Origin: Thermoplasmata archaeon | Lineage (GTDB): Archaea; Thermoplasmatota; E2; JACPAO01; JAHFTW01 | Assembly: GCA_034667725.1 (NCBI GenBank) | Contig: JAXDQS010000003.1 | Location: forward strand, 576,001 to 640,000 | Length of the DNA: 64,000 nucleotides | Direction of reading: 5' to 3' | In this document: piece by piece, positions 1-14,320 of the stretch | How positions within the stretch are numbered: position 1 is the stretch's first letter | Layout: each line of letters begins with the position of its first letter | The notes under the pieces: model-generated | Told to the model about the DNA's origin: nothing | Database searches by the model: none | What the model saw: the letters and a program-made list of their open reading frames with translations, nothing else | Made by a program: the position numbers and the translations under genes

Positions 1-399
1 GTGCGCGTCAACGTCGCCCTGCTTCGGCTGCTGCTGGACAACGGCTATCGCCCGGTCGTCACGCTGCCCGCCCTCGCCAACGACGGCTCGGCCGTGAACG
101 TGGACGGCGACCGCGCCGCCGCCGCCATCGCCGCTGCCCTCGGCGCCAAGGACCTGCTGATCCTTTCGAACGTCCCGGGCCTGCTGCGCGACGTCGCCGA
201 CCCGTCCACCCTCATCGCGCACATCCCCAAGGCGCAACTGGCCTCGGGGCAGGACGTGGCGCTCGACCGGATGAAGAAGAAGCTGCTCGGCGCCGAGGAG
301 GCCCTCGCCGGCGGGGTCGCGCGCGTCGTGCTGGGCTCCGCCAACCGCGAGCGCCCCGTCCAGGACGCGCTCGCTGGGCAGGGAACGGTGATCGCGTGA
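1..399 (+). CDS. lysZ: [LysW]-aminoadipate/glutamate kinase, C-terminal part (5' truncated by window)
   Basis: Amino-acid kinase motifs NVDGDRAAA, ILSNVPGLL, MKKKL; directly upstream of lysJ and lysK. Confidence 0.85.
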   Translation: MRVNVALLRLLLDNGYRPVVTLPALANDGSAVNVDGDRAAAAIAAALGAKDLLILSNVPGLLRDVADPSTLIAHIPKAQLASGQDVALDRMKKKLLGAEEALAGGVARVVLGSANRERPVQDALAGQGTVIA

Positions 400-1574
400 G
401 CGAGGCCAGCCGCATCGCGCGCGCGTTCCCGCCCAAGCCGGTCGATTTCACGCATGGCGCCGGCCATGAGCTGTGGGGCGCCGACGGCCGCCGCTTCGTG
501 GACCTCGGCGGCGCCAGCCACGGCGTCGCCAACTTCGGCCACAACCATCCCCGCATCGTCGCCGCCATCCAGGAGCAGGCAACGCGACTGCTGCATGTCA
601 CCCAGACCATCCCGAGCCAGGAGCGCGGCGCCTTCCTCGACGCCCTGCACGCCATCCTGCCGGCGCACCTGGAGCGCACCTTCCTTGCCAACTCCGGCAC
701 CGAGGCGACGGAGGCTGCCCTCAAGTTCGCCGCCGCCGCGACCGGCCGCAGCAAGTTCGTGGCGCTCCGCAACTCGTTTCATGGCCGCAGCCTCGGAGCC
801 CTGAGCGCGACGTTCCGGCCGCAGTACCGCAAGCCGTTCCAGCCGCTCCTGCAGGACGTCCAGTTCGTGCCCGTCAACGACGAGGCCGCCCTCGACGCCG
901 CCGTCACCCACGAGACCGCCGCCATCCTGGTCGAGCCCGTCCAAGGCGAAGGCGGCCTCGCCTCCTGCCAGGATCCATACCTGCGGGCTGCCGAGCGCAT
1001 CGCCCACGCCAAGGGCGCACTCCTCGTGGTGGACGAGATCCAGACCGGCCTCGGCCGCACCGGCACCGACCTCGCCATAACCCCGAGCGGCGCCAAGCCC
1101 GACCTGCTGCTGCTTGGCAAGTCGCTCGCGGGCGGCCTCCCCGTCGGCACCTGCTCGATGACCGCCGAGGTGGCCGCCAAGATGCCCGCCGGGGCGCACG
1201 GCAACACCTTCGGCGGCGCCCCCGTCGTCATGGCCGCCGGCGCCGCCGCCCTCGCCGTGCTGCGCGACGAGCGCCTCGCCGACCGCGCCGCCGCCGAAGG
1301 CGGGCGGCTGGCGGCGGCGTTGGGCGCGCTCGGGTCGCCGCTCGCGCGCGAGGTGCGCGGCCGCGGCCTGATGCTCGGGCTCGACCTGCGCATCAAGGCG
1401 CAGCCGGTGCTTGACGCGCTGCTGGAGCGCGGCTTCCTGGCGCTCGCGGCGGGGCCGACGGTGGTCCGGCTGCTGCCGCCGCTTGCGACCCCACGGGCCG
1501 TGCTGGACGAAGCCGTGGGCCACCTGCGCGACATCCTGGCCGACCCACGGCTCATGCCCGAGGTGCCGGCGTGA
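396..1574 (+). CDS. lysJ: [LysW]-aminoadipate semialdehyde transaminase (class III PLP aminotransferase)
   Basis: NSGTEA, FHGR, EPVQGEGG, DEIQTGLGRTG, GKSLAGG, HGNTFGG motifs; 4-nt overlaps with neighbours. Confidence 0.88.
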   Translation: MSEASRIARAFPPKPVDFTHGAGHELWGADGRRFVDLGGASHGVANFGHNHPRIVAAIQEQATRLLHVTQTIPSQERGAFLDALHAILPAHLERTFLANSGTEATEAALKFAAAATGRSKFVALRNSFHGRSLGALSATFRPQYRKPFQPLLQDVQFVPVNDEAALDAAVTHETAAILVEPVQGEGGLASCQDPYLRAAERIAHAKGALLVVDEIQTGLGRTGTDLAITPSGAKPDLLLLGKSLAGGLPVGTCSMTAEVAAKMPAGAHGNTFGGAPVVMAAGAAALAVLRDERLADRAAAEGGRLAAALGALGSPLAREVRGRGLMLGLDLRIKAQPVLDALLERGFLALAAGPTVVRLLPPLATPRAVLDEAVGHLRDILADPRLMPEVPA

Positions 1575-2656
1575 ACGACGCCGCGGACGCCTTGCTGCTG
1601 CGGGAGGTGGTCGCCATCCCCAGCGTGACGGGCTTCGAGCAGGAGGCCGTGCGCGCCTTGCAGGACCAGGCGCGGCGCGACGGCTTCCGGGTGACCGAGG
1701 ACGCCGCCGGGAACTTCATCGCCGAGGCCGGCAGCGGCCCCCGCCTGCTGCTGTTCGTCGGCCACGTCGACACCGTGCCCGGCCGCATCCCGGTGCGCGA
1801 GGAGGCCGGCGCGCTGTGGGGCCGCGGCGCGGTGGACGCCAAGGGGCCGCTGGTGGCGGCCTACTGCGCGGCGCGACGGCACCTGGGATCGGAGGGCCTG
1901 CGCATCCGGGTGGTCGGGGCGGTGGACGAGGAGGGCGACTCCCGCGGCGCCAAGGCGCTCGACCGCAGCGAACGCCCCGACTGGATCCTGGTGGGCGAGC
2001 CGAGCGGCGTGCATGGCCTGACCTTGGGCTACAAGGGCATCCTACGGGGCTCCTTCTCCCTGGAGCGCCCCGTCATGCACGGCGCCCACCCCGGTCGCAC
2101 CGCCGTCGAGCAGGCGCTGGGCTTCTGGGCCGACGTGGCCGCCAGCTTCGACCTCGCCGACCGCTTCGACGCCCTCCAAGGGCACCTGTTGAGCCTGCAC
2201 ACCCTGAGCGACGGCCTGGTGGACCGGATCGAGGGACGCTTCCACCTCCGCCTCCCGCCCGGCGCCGACCCGGACACCGTGCTTGCCGGCCTGCAGAACC
2301 TGGGGGAACGCCACGGCGCCGAGGTGCAGGGCCACGAACGGATGCGCCCCCACGTCGCGGACAAACGCACCACCCTGGTGGCGGCGTTCCTGCAAGCCAT
2401 CCGCGAGCACGGCGGCGCGCCCCGGCTGCTGCGCAAGACCGGCACCGCCGACCTGAACCACTTGGCGGAATGGTTCCCCGGCGTCCCGATCGCGGCCTAC
2501 GGGCCCGGCGACGCCAGCCTCGACCACACGCCGGAGGAGCGCATCGTGCTGGCGGAGTTCCACGAGGCGGTGGACATCTTGGATCAAGTGTTCACGCGGT
2601 TGGCGGGGTTGCCGGCCCAGGTCGCGGTTTCACCCACCCCCCAACAGCGCTCTTGA
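1571..2656 (+). CDS. lysK: [LysW]-lysine/ornithine hydrolase (M20 family)
   Basis: GHVDTVPG, GRGAVDAKG, DEE, GEPS, KTGTADLN, YGPGDASLDHTPEE. Confidence 0.9.
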   Translation: MNDAADALLLREVVAIPSVTGFEQEAVRALQDQARRDGFRVTEDAAGNFIAEAGSGPRLLLFVGHVDTVPGRIPVREEAGALWGRGAVDAKGPLVAAYCAARRHLGSEGLRIRVVGAVDEEGDSRGAKALDRSERPDWILVGEPSGVHGLTLGYKGILRGSFSLERPVMHGAHPGRTAVEQALGFWADVAASFDLADRFDALQGHLLSLHTLSDGLVDRIEGRFHLRLPPGADPDTVLAGLQNLGERHGAEVQGHERMRPHVADKRTTLVAAFLQAIREHGGAPRLLRKTGTADLNHLAEWFPGVPIAAYGPGDASLDHTPEERIVLAEFHEAVDILDQVFTRLAGLPAQVAVSPTPQQRS

Positions 2657-2678
2657 GGCGCCACCGCATCCCCCTCCC

Positions 2679-4667
2679 GTGGCGCAGCTGCCCTACCAGC
2701 CCCGTCCCGGGCAGGACGCCATGATGGCCGCCATCGCCACGGCGCAGCAGGACGGCGACCACCTCATCCTGGAGGCCGGCACGGGCACCGGCAAGACCGT
2801 CGCCGCCCTCGCCGCCAGCGCCACCACCACGGCCAAGGACGGCCGCCGCCTGGTCTACGCCACCCGCACCAACTCGCAGCAGGCCCAAGTGGTCGCCGAG
2901 CACGGCGCCCTCACGGCCGCGAACCAGGACCCGGGGCTGCTCATCCCGTTCATGGGCCGGCGCCACTACTGCCCGCTCCTGCGCAGCGACCCCCGCTTCG
3001 CCGACGGGACGGCCGAGGAGCTGGGCCGGCTGTGCCGCGACGCCAAGCGCAAGGCCACCCAGCAGCACGAGACCGGCAAGCCGGTGGCCGGCGGCTGCCC
3101 CTACTACCTGCGGCTGCTGCAAGACGGCCCCGGCCCCGTCGAGGCGCTGCTCTCCGAGGGCGGGCTGGACGGCGGCAGCCTGGCCGCCCGCGTCGAGGAC
3201 GCCGGCTCCTGCCCCTACGAAGCCCTCAAGCTCCTGATGCCGCGGGCCCGCACCGTCGTCGTGCCCTACGTCTTCGTCCTCGACGAGCGCCTGCGCACCA
3301 CGCTGCTGCAATGGATGGGCACCGGCCCCAGCGAGTGTCATGTCCTAGTGGACGAGGCCCACAACCTGCCCGAGGCCGCCCGCGCCCACTTCAGCCCCCG
3401 CCTGTCGGTGCGCACCATCGAGCGCGCCCAGAAGGAGGCCGAGGAGTACCAGGACCCTTTGCTGGCGGGCAGCCACCTCGCAAGCGCCGTGCTCGACGCC
3501 CTGCTGCGCGCCATCCACCGGCTGCGCGTGGAGCACGTGCGCGCCGACGCGGCCGGCGAGGAGGCCGACGGCCTGGTCCCGCCCGGCGCCCTCGACGAGG
3601 CCCTGCTCTACGCGCTCCGGATGCCGACCACGGGCCTGGCCCGGGTCGCCACCGACCTGGAGCGCTGGGGCGAGGCGGTGCGCGAGGACCGCCGCGCCAA
3701 GGGCCGGCTGCCGCGCAGCCACCTCGGCGCCGTCGGCGCGTTCCTGCACGGCTGGATGGCCAGCCGCGACGCACCCTATGTCCAGTTGGTGACGGGCGGC
3801 GACAACCCGGCGCTGGAACTGTACCTCCTCGACCCCGCCAGCGTCCTTGGCTGGCTGGCCGAGTTCCACAGCAGCGTCCACATGAGCGGCACCCTCCAGC
3901 CGCTGGCCGACCACCGGATCCTCTGCGGCCTGCCTGCCACGACGCGCCAGGTCGCCATCCCGTCGCCGTTCGACCCGGACCATCTGCGCGTGTACGGGAT
4001 GCAAGGCGTCCACCGCCGCTTCGAGGCGCTCCAGCGCGACCCCACGCTCGCGGAGCGGCAGCAGCGGCTCGCCGTCGACCTCCTCGGCCAATGCCCCGGC
4101 CGCACGGGCCTGTTCTTCCCCAGCCACAAGATGATGGAGGACTACCTGGAGGAGGGCTTCCTGCACGCCGCCGACCGGCCGCTCTACGTCGAGCGCCAAG
4201 GCATGTCCACCACGGAGCTGGGCGAGATGCTGGACGCCTACCGCGGCGAGCCCAGCGGCCGCGCCCTGCTGTTGGCCGTCATGGGCGGCCGCCTCACCGA
4301 AGGCATCGACTTCCCCGGCAAGGCGATGGAGCACCTGCTGGTCTTCGGCATCCCGTACCCCCGCCCGACCGCGCGCCTCCAGGCCCTCGTGCACCACTAC
4401 GACCGCGTCGCCGGCAACGGCTGGCAGGTCGTGGTCCACAACCCGGTCGGCCGGATGCTGCGCCAGGCCGCCGGCCGCCTCATCCGCGGCCCCGACGACC
4501 GCGGCACCGTGGTGGTCCTCGACGAGCGGGTGGTGCGGTTCCACAGCCACCTCGCCCGGCTCCGGATGGTGGACGACCCGGACGGCCTGCGCGCGGGCCC
4601 GGTCCCCGACGGCGGCTACCGCACCGCCGACCTGCTCCCCAGGAAGGCCCCTCCTGGACAGGCATAA
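2679..4667 (+). CDS. XPD/Rad3/DinG-family FeS DNA helicase
   Basis: Q motif PRPGQ, Walker A AGTGTGKT, FeS cysteines (YCP, LC, GCPYY, CPY), DEAHNL, SGTL, EGIDFPG, QAAGRLIR. Confidence 0.92.
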   Translation: MAQLPYQPRPGQDAMMAAIATAQQDGDHLILEAGTGTGKTVAALAASATTTAKDGRRLVYATRTNSQQAQVVAEHGALTAANQDPGLLIPFMGRRHYCPLLRSDPRFADGTAEELGRLCRDAKRKATQQHETGKPVAGGCPYYLRLLQDGPGPVEALLSEGGLDGGSLAARVEDAGSCPYEALKLLMPRARTVVVPYVFVLDERLRTTLLQWMGTGPSECHVLVDEAHNLPEAARAHFSPRLSVRTIERAQKEAEEYQDPLLAGSHLASAVLDALLRAIHRLRVEHVRADAAGEEADGLVPPGALDEALLYALRMPTTGLARVATDLERWGEAVREDRRAKGRLPRSHLGAVGAFLHGWMASRDAPYVQLVTGGDNPALELYLLDPASVLGWLAEFHSSVHMSGTLQPLADHRILCGLPATTRQVAIPSPFDPDHLRVYGMQGVHRRFEALQRDPTLAERQQRLAVDLLGQCPGRTGLFFPSHKMMEDYLEEGFLHAADRPLYVERQGMSTTELGEMLDAYRGEPSGRALLLAVMGGRLTEGIDFPGKAMEHLLVFGIPYPRPTARLQALVHHYDRVAGNGWQVVVHNPVGRMLRQAAGRLIRGPDDRGTVVVLDERVVRFHSHLARLRMVDDPDGLRAGPVPDGGYRTADLLPRKAPPGQA

Positions 4668-4678
4668 CTCGCAATACC

Positions 4679-4686
4679 TTTATATG
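4679..4686 (+). promoter_or_regulatory. Archaeal TATA box (TTTATATG) with no protein gene downstream on the + strand
   Basis: Near-consensus TATA in a very GC-rich background; expected start site near 4709. Confidence 0.6.
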
Positions 4687-4708
4687 CACGGGAAATGAGG
4701 GTCGCTAC

Positions 4709-4825
4709 GGAAGAGGCGCGCTGGAGTTTCTGAGTGCATCCCATCCCCTCCCTCGTGAGGCCAGCGAACCCTTCCTCCGCGCCCAGTCAGCCCTAGAAAA
4801 GCTGGCTGGGCGCGGTCATTCTTGT
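4709..4825 (+). ncRNA. Candidate structured small RNA
   Basis: TATA at suitable spacing; GGAAG/CTTCC and CGCTGG/CCAGCG stems enclose a C-rich loop; 15-bp hairpin 4777-4815 followed by a T-rich tail. Confidence 0.5.
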
Positions 4826-4892
4826 TCGGCCGGACCTTGTGTTCGCGTACAGCCGCTCCGCTGGTTCCTAGGTATCTGCCCCTGCGCGGCCG

Positions 4893-7076
4893 TCAGGCGC
4901 GCCGGCGCCGCAGCACCAGCGCCAACGCCAGCACGCCGACCGCCAGCAGCATCGGGGCCGGGCCCGGCGTGCCGGCCGAGGCGTCGGTGTCCAGCGAGCG
5001 GACCTGCTCGGCCTCGTCCGGGATGCCGGTGCCGGCCTCGACGATGGCGAACAGCCGCAGCAGGCTGCGCAGGCTGAGGTCGCTCTCGCTCGTGGCGGTG
5101 AGCACCAGGTCGGCGGCCTGGCCGGCGGGCGTGCCGTCGGGGACCTGGACCGCGACGTGGACTGTCGTCTCGCCTCCGGCAGGCACTTCGACGACGGCGG
5201 CGCCGAGGACGCGGGCCCATTCGACCTTGCTGCCGGCAAGCTCCAGGCGGAAGCTGTGCGCCTCGTCGGCGTGGTTCAGCAGGCGGGCCGAGAACAGCAC
5301 GGTGCGGCCGGGGTTGACGGCGCGGTCCTGCTGCGAGTCGGCCACCAGTTCGGCGCGCGACGCGAACACGTCGTTGACCGGGTCGTGGTACTCGGAGAGC
5401 GGAAGGGCCTCCAGGATGCCGCCGGGCAGGAGCTTGGGCATGTCGCCGCCGAAGAACGGGTCCACGCGGGTGCCCTCGAGGCTGATCACCAGGACCATCG
5501 AGGCGCCCTTCTCGTAGGCGATGAAGTCGGCCTCGGGCAGGCCGCCGACCTCGCCGGTCAGCATCTCCTGGCCGCCCATGAGGTCCAAGGGCGCCGAGGG
5601 GGCCAGGCGCAGCACGCCGGTGACGTTGCCGGAGTCGGCGAAGCCGCAGTCGCTGAAGCGGCTGAAGCCGCCGTCGGGCGGGCCGGCGCGCACGATGAGG
5701 CCGCTCAGGGTGGCGGCCAGCAGCGGGACCTGGGTCGTGACGGGGATGCGGTAGGTGCCGTTGGGCGCCGACAGGTCGACGTCCAGGCCAAGCTCTAGCG
5801 AGGGGCTGAGCGGGATGTTCCAGCAGTAGCGGGTGCGCGGCGCGTTGTCCTTGATCTCCATGCCGCCGCGGAAGTCGGGCGGGACCGGGACGCCGGCGTC
5901 CAGGCCGTCGACCTCGCCGGCGTTGAAGTAGGCCGTGTTGAAGGTGCCCGTGCCGACGAGGGCGGCAAGCACCGTGGACTGGGGGTCGTCGGGGCCGAGG
6001 ACGCTGTGCAGCCAGAGCGTGTTGTGGTGGCCGGCAGGCTGGGGCGGGTCGAGGTAGCGGATGCCAAGCTCGGCGCGGCCGACGGCGGAGGGGTCGCGCT
6101 GGGAGCGCATCTCCACGACGAAGTTCTGGAAGGCGCCGTGGACGTGCGTGAACGGCGTGGACACCAGCACCGGGAAGACGACGGAGCCGTTGCCGGGGAT
6201 CGGGATCTGCGAGGCGGGCAGCTTGACCTGCCAGTTGGCCGGCGCGCCGACGGCGACCAGGTTGAACAGGTCCTCGTCGGAGCCGAGGTTGAACGCCTCG
6301 ACCTGGTAGACGAAGGTGGTCGCCTCGCCGTTGGAGGCGCGCGTCGGAATCTCGCTCTTGAGGCGGGCGTGGCCGGTCTGCTGGACGCCGAAGGCCACCA
6401 CGAAGTCGAGGGTGCCGTTGCCGTTGTTGGGCATGGCGTCCGAGGCGCGGGGCACCGGCGTCTCCTGGCCGCCCGCGAGCGTCACGCCGCGGTTGACGTT
6501 GCCCAAGAGGCCGCTCGACTGGGCGTGGAAGCCCGTCAGGAGGGCGTCGGGCTGCGGGGCCGCGCCGTTGCTGTCGGCCAGCAGGTCGCGGTCCACGGTG
6601 ACGCGGAAGGTGGCGGCCGCCTGGTCGACGTCCACGACCTGGTCGGGGCCGACGCCATAGTAGATGCCGCGGCCGGGCTCGGAGGCCTGCACGCGGGCGC
6701 GGTAGTCAGAGGTGCCGTCGAGGCGGAAGCCGCGGGCGACCAGCTGGATGCGGAAGTCGCGGTCGCTGTGGTGGAAGAACAGGTTGTAGCTGCCCTGCTC
6801 GGCGACGGGCACGGCGGGCACCTGCGGGGCCATGCTGGCCACGGCGAGCGTGAACACGAAGCCCTCGGTGGTCTCCTGCAGGTCGAGGCCCTTGAGGTCG
6901 AGCGCGGCCATGCGTTCGGCCGGCGCGGCGGTGCCTTGGCCCGCCACCGTGACCGCCACGTCGGCGGTGCCGTCGTCCAGGAGGTGGACGGTCGGGTACT
7001 CGGCAGGGGCGGCCTGCCCGGCGATGGGGGCCGGGACCAGCAGGAGGGCGGTCAACAGCAGCGCCAAGGCTCGCAT
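4893..7076 (-). CDS. Large secreted cell-surface protein with C-terminal sorting-signal-like anchor
   Basis: N-terminal signal peptide; beta-rich body; ends TPGP + hydrophobic helix + RRRRA, resembling PGF-CTERM archaeosortase substrates. Confidence 0.75.
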   Translation of the reverse strand: MRALALLLTALLLVPAPIAGQAAPAEYPTVHLLDDGTADVAVTVAGQGTAAPAERMAALDLKGLDLQETTEGFVFTLAVASMAPQVPAVPVAEQGSYNLFFHHSDRDFRIQLVARGFRLDGTSDYRARVQASEPGRGIYYGVGPDQVVDVDQAAATFRVTVDRDLLADSNGAAPQPDALLTGFHAQSSGLLGNVNRGVTLAGGQETPVPRASDAMPNNGNGTLDFVVAFGVQQTGHARLKSEIPTRASNGEATTFVYQVEAFNLGSDEDLFNLVAVGAPANWQVKLPASQIPIPGNGSVVFPVLVSTPFTHVHGAFQNFVVEMRSQRDPSAVGRAELGIRYLDPPQPAGHHNTLWLHSVLGPDDPQSTVLAALVGTGTFNTAYFNAGEVDGLDAGVPVPPDFRGGMEIKDNAPRTRYCWNIPLSPSLELGLDVDLSAPNGTYRIPVTTQVPLLAATLSGLIVRAGPPDGGFSRFSDCGFADSGNVTGVLRLAPSAPLDLMGGQEMLTGEVGGLPEADFIAYEKGASMVLVISLEGTRVDPFFGGDMPKLLPGGILEALPLSEYHDPVNDVFASRAELVADSQQDRAVNPGRTVLFSARLLNHADEAHSFRLELAGSKVEWARVLGAAVVEVPAGGETTVHVAVQVPDGTPAGQAADLVLTATSESDLSLRSLLRLFAIVEAGTGIPDEAEQVRSLDTDASAGTPGPAPMLLAVGVLALALVLRRRRA

Positions 7077-7152
7077 GGGCGCTTCGACGAAAGCTCTGCA
7101 AGATAACTGTTCCGGTGGTCGCCTCCCATGCCGCCGCGGCCCGCGGCCGAAC

Positions 7153-13283
<6,131 letters not shown>

Positions 13284-13287
<4 letters not shown>

Positions 13288-14234
13288 TCCTTGACCTCTT
13301 GCGTGATGAGTTGGGCGGCCTCGGGCAGCTTGGGCGTGATCCAGATCTCGCCGTAGGGGAACTCCTCCTGGCTGACCTGGATGCGCTGCGACTTGGCAAG
13401 GAACAGGAGGGCGTTGAAGGTCTGCACGATGTCCATGGCGTTGGGCTCGTAGAGGCTGCTGAACGGAACCGGCGAGGCGGGGAACTCGAGGATGCGGGTC
13501 CAGGTCTCCGCGATCTCGGCCTCCAGGTCGTCCTTGTGCATCATGCCGCCAACACGGCCGCGCATCCGGCGCTTCAGGCTCAGGCGGGCTTGCAGGCGCT
13601 CCTCGTTGAGGACCAGGCGCTGCTGGGCCTCGGTGTGGACCTCCTGGAAGGCGTCGAGCAGTTCCATGAGGGTGACGCGGCGGTCGCCCTTGTGGCGGAT
13701 TTTCTCGTCGATGGGGGCTTGCGGCAGCGCCAGGACACGGCTGTTGAAGTCCACCTGGTCCTCGCTCCAGCCGTAGTCCGGGATGTCCTCCCAGCCGATC
13801 TCCTCGGGCTGGGCGGGCTGGAGCACGGCGCGGTCGGCGGCCTCCTGGGATTGCAGCTTGAGCACGGTCCACGCCATGAGGATGATGCGGCCTGCGGTCA
13901 CGAGGTCGACGCCGCGCGCCTTGGCCTCCTTGAGGTAGAGCTCGGCGAACTTGCTGAGGTCCATGTCCCAGGGGTCGAGGTGATTGTTGATGACCAGCTC
14001 GAAGGCGACGGCGAGGTCGCGGTGGAAGCCGTCCTTGATGGCGACGTGCTCGCCGTCCTCGCTCCCCGTGACCATCTCGATGTAGTCGGTGATGCGGCGG
14101 CCGTCGTCGTCATCGTCGATCATGGCCTTGTGCCACAAGAGGTGGCGCACGACCTGGGCGGTGTGCAGGGTGGCCTGGGTGGGCTCCTTGCGGACGACGG
14201 GGTCGGCGAACTTCGCCTGGGCGGGCGGGGCCAT
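13284..14234 (-). CDS. scpA: Kleisin ScpA
   Basis: LDPWDMDL, RRVTLMELL, FNALLFLA, QEEFPYGEI; lies between smc and scpB. Confidence 0.9.
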
Positions 14235-14256
14235 CTAGGCCACCTCCGCCCGGCGA

Positions 14257-14309
14257 ACCACGGATTTCACGGATTTCACGGAACCGATAGTCTCCGTGCA
14301 ATCCGTGGT
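14257..14309. repeat. REP-like palindrome with 9-bp periodic CACGGA units
   Basis: ACCACGGAT-TTCACGGAT-TTCACGGA ... TCCGTGCAA-TCCGTGGT. Confidence 0.75.
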
Positions 14310-14320
14310 GAGGTAAGCCG

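Noticed and set aside
4695-4733. 12-codon + strand ORF MRVATEEARWSF
   Set aside because: ATG lies too close to the TATA box, upstream of the expected start site
4709-4825. SRP RNA, RNase P RNA or canonical C/D or H/ACA guide
   Set aside because: Too short for the first two; lacks RUGAUGA box C and a 3' ACA
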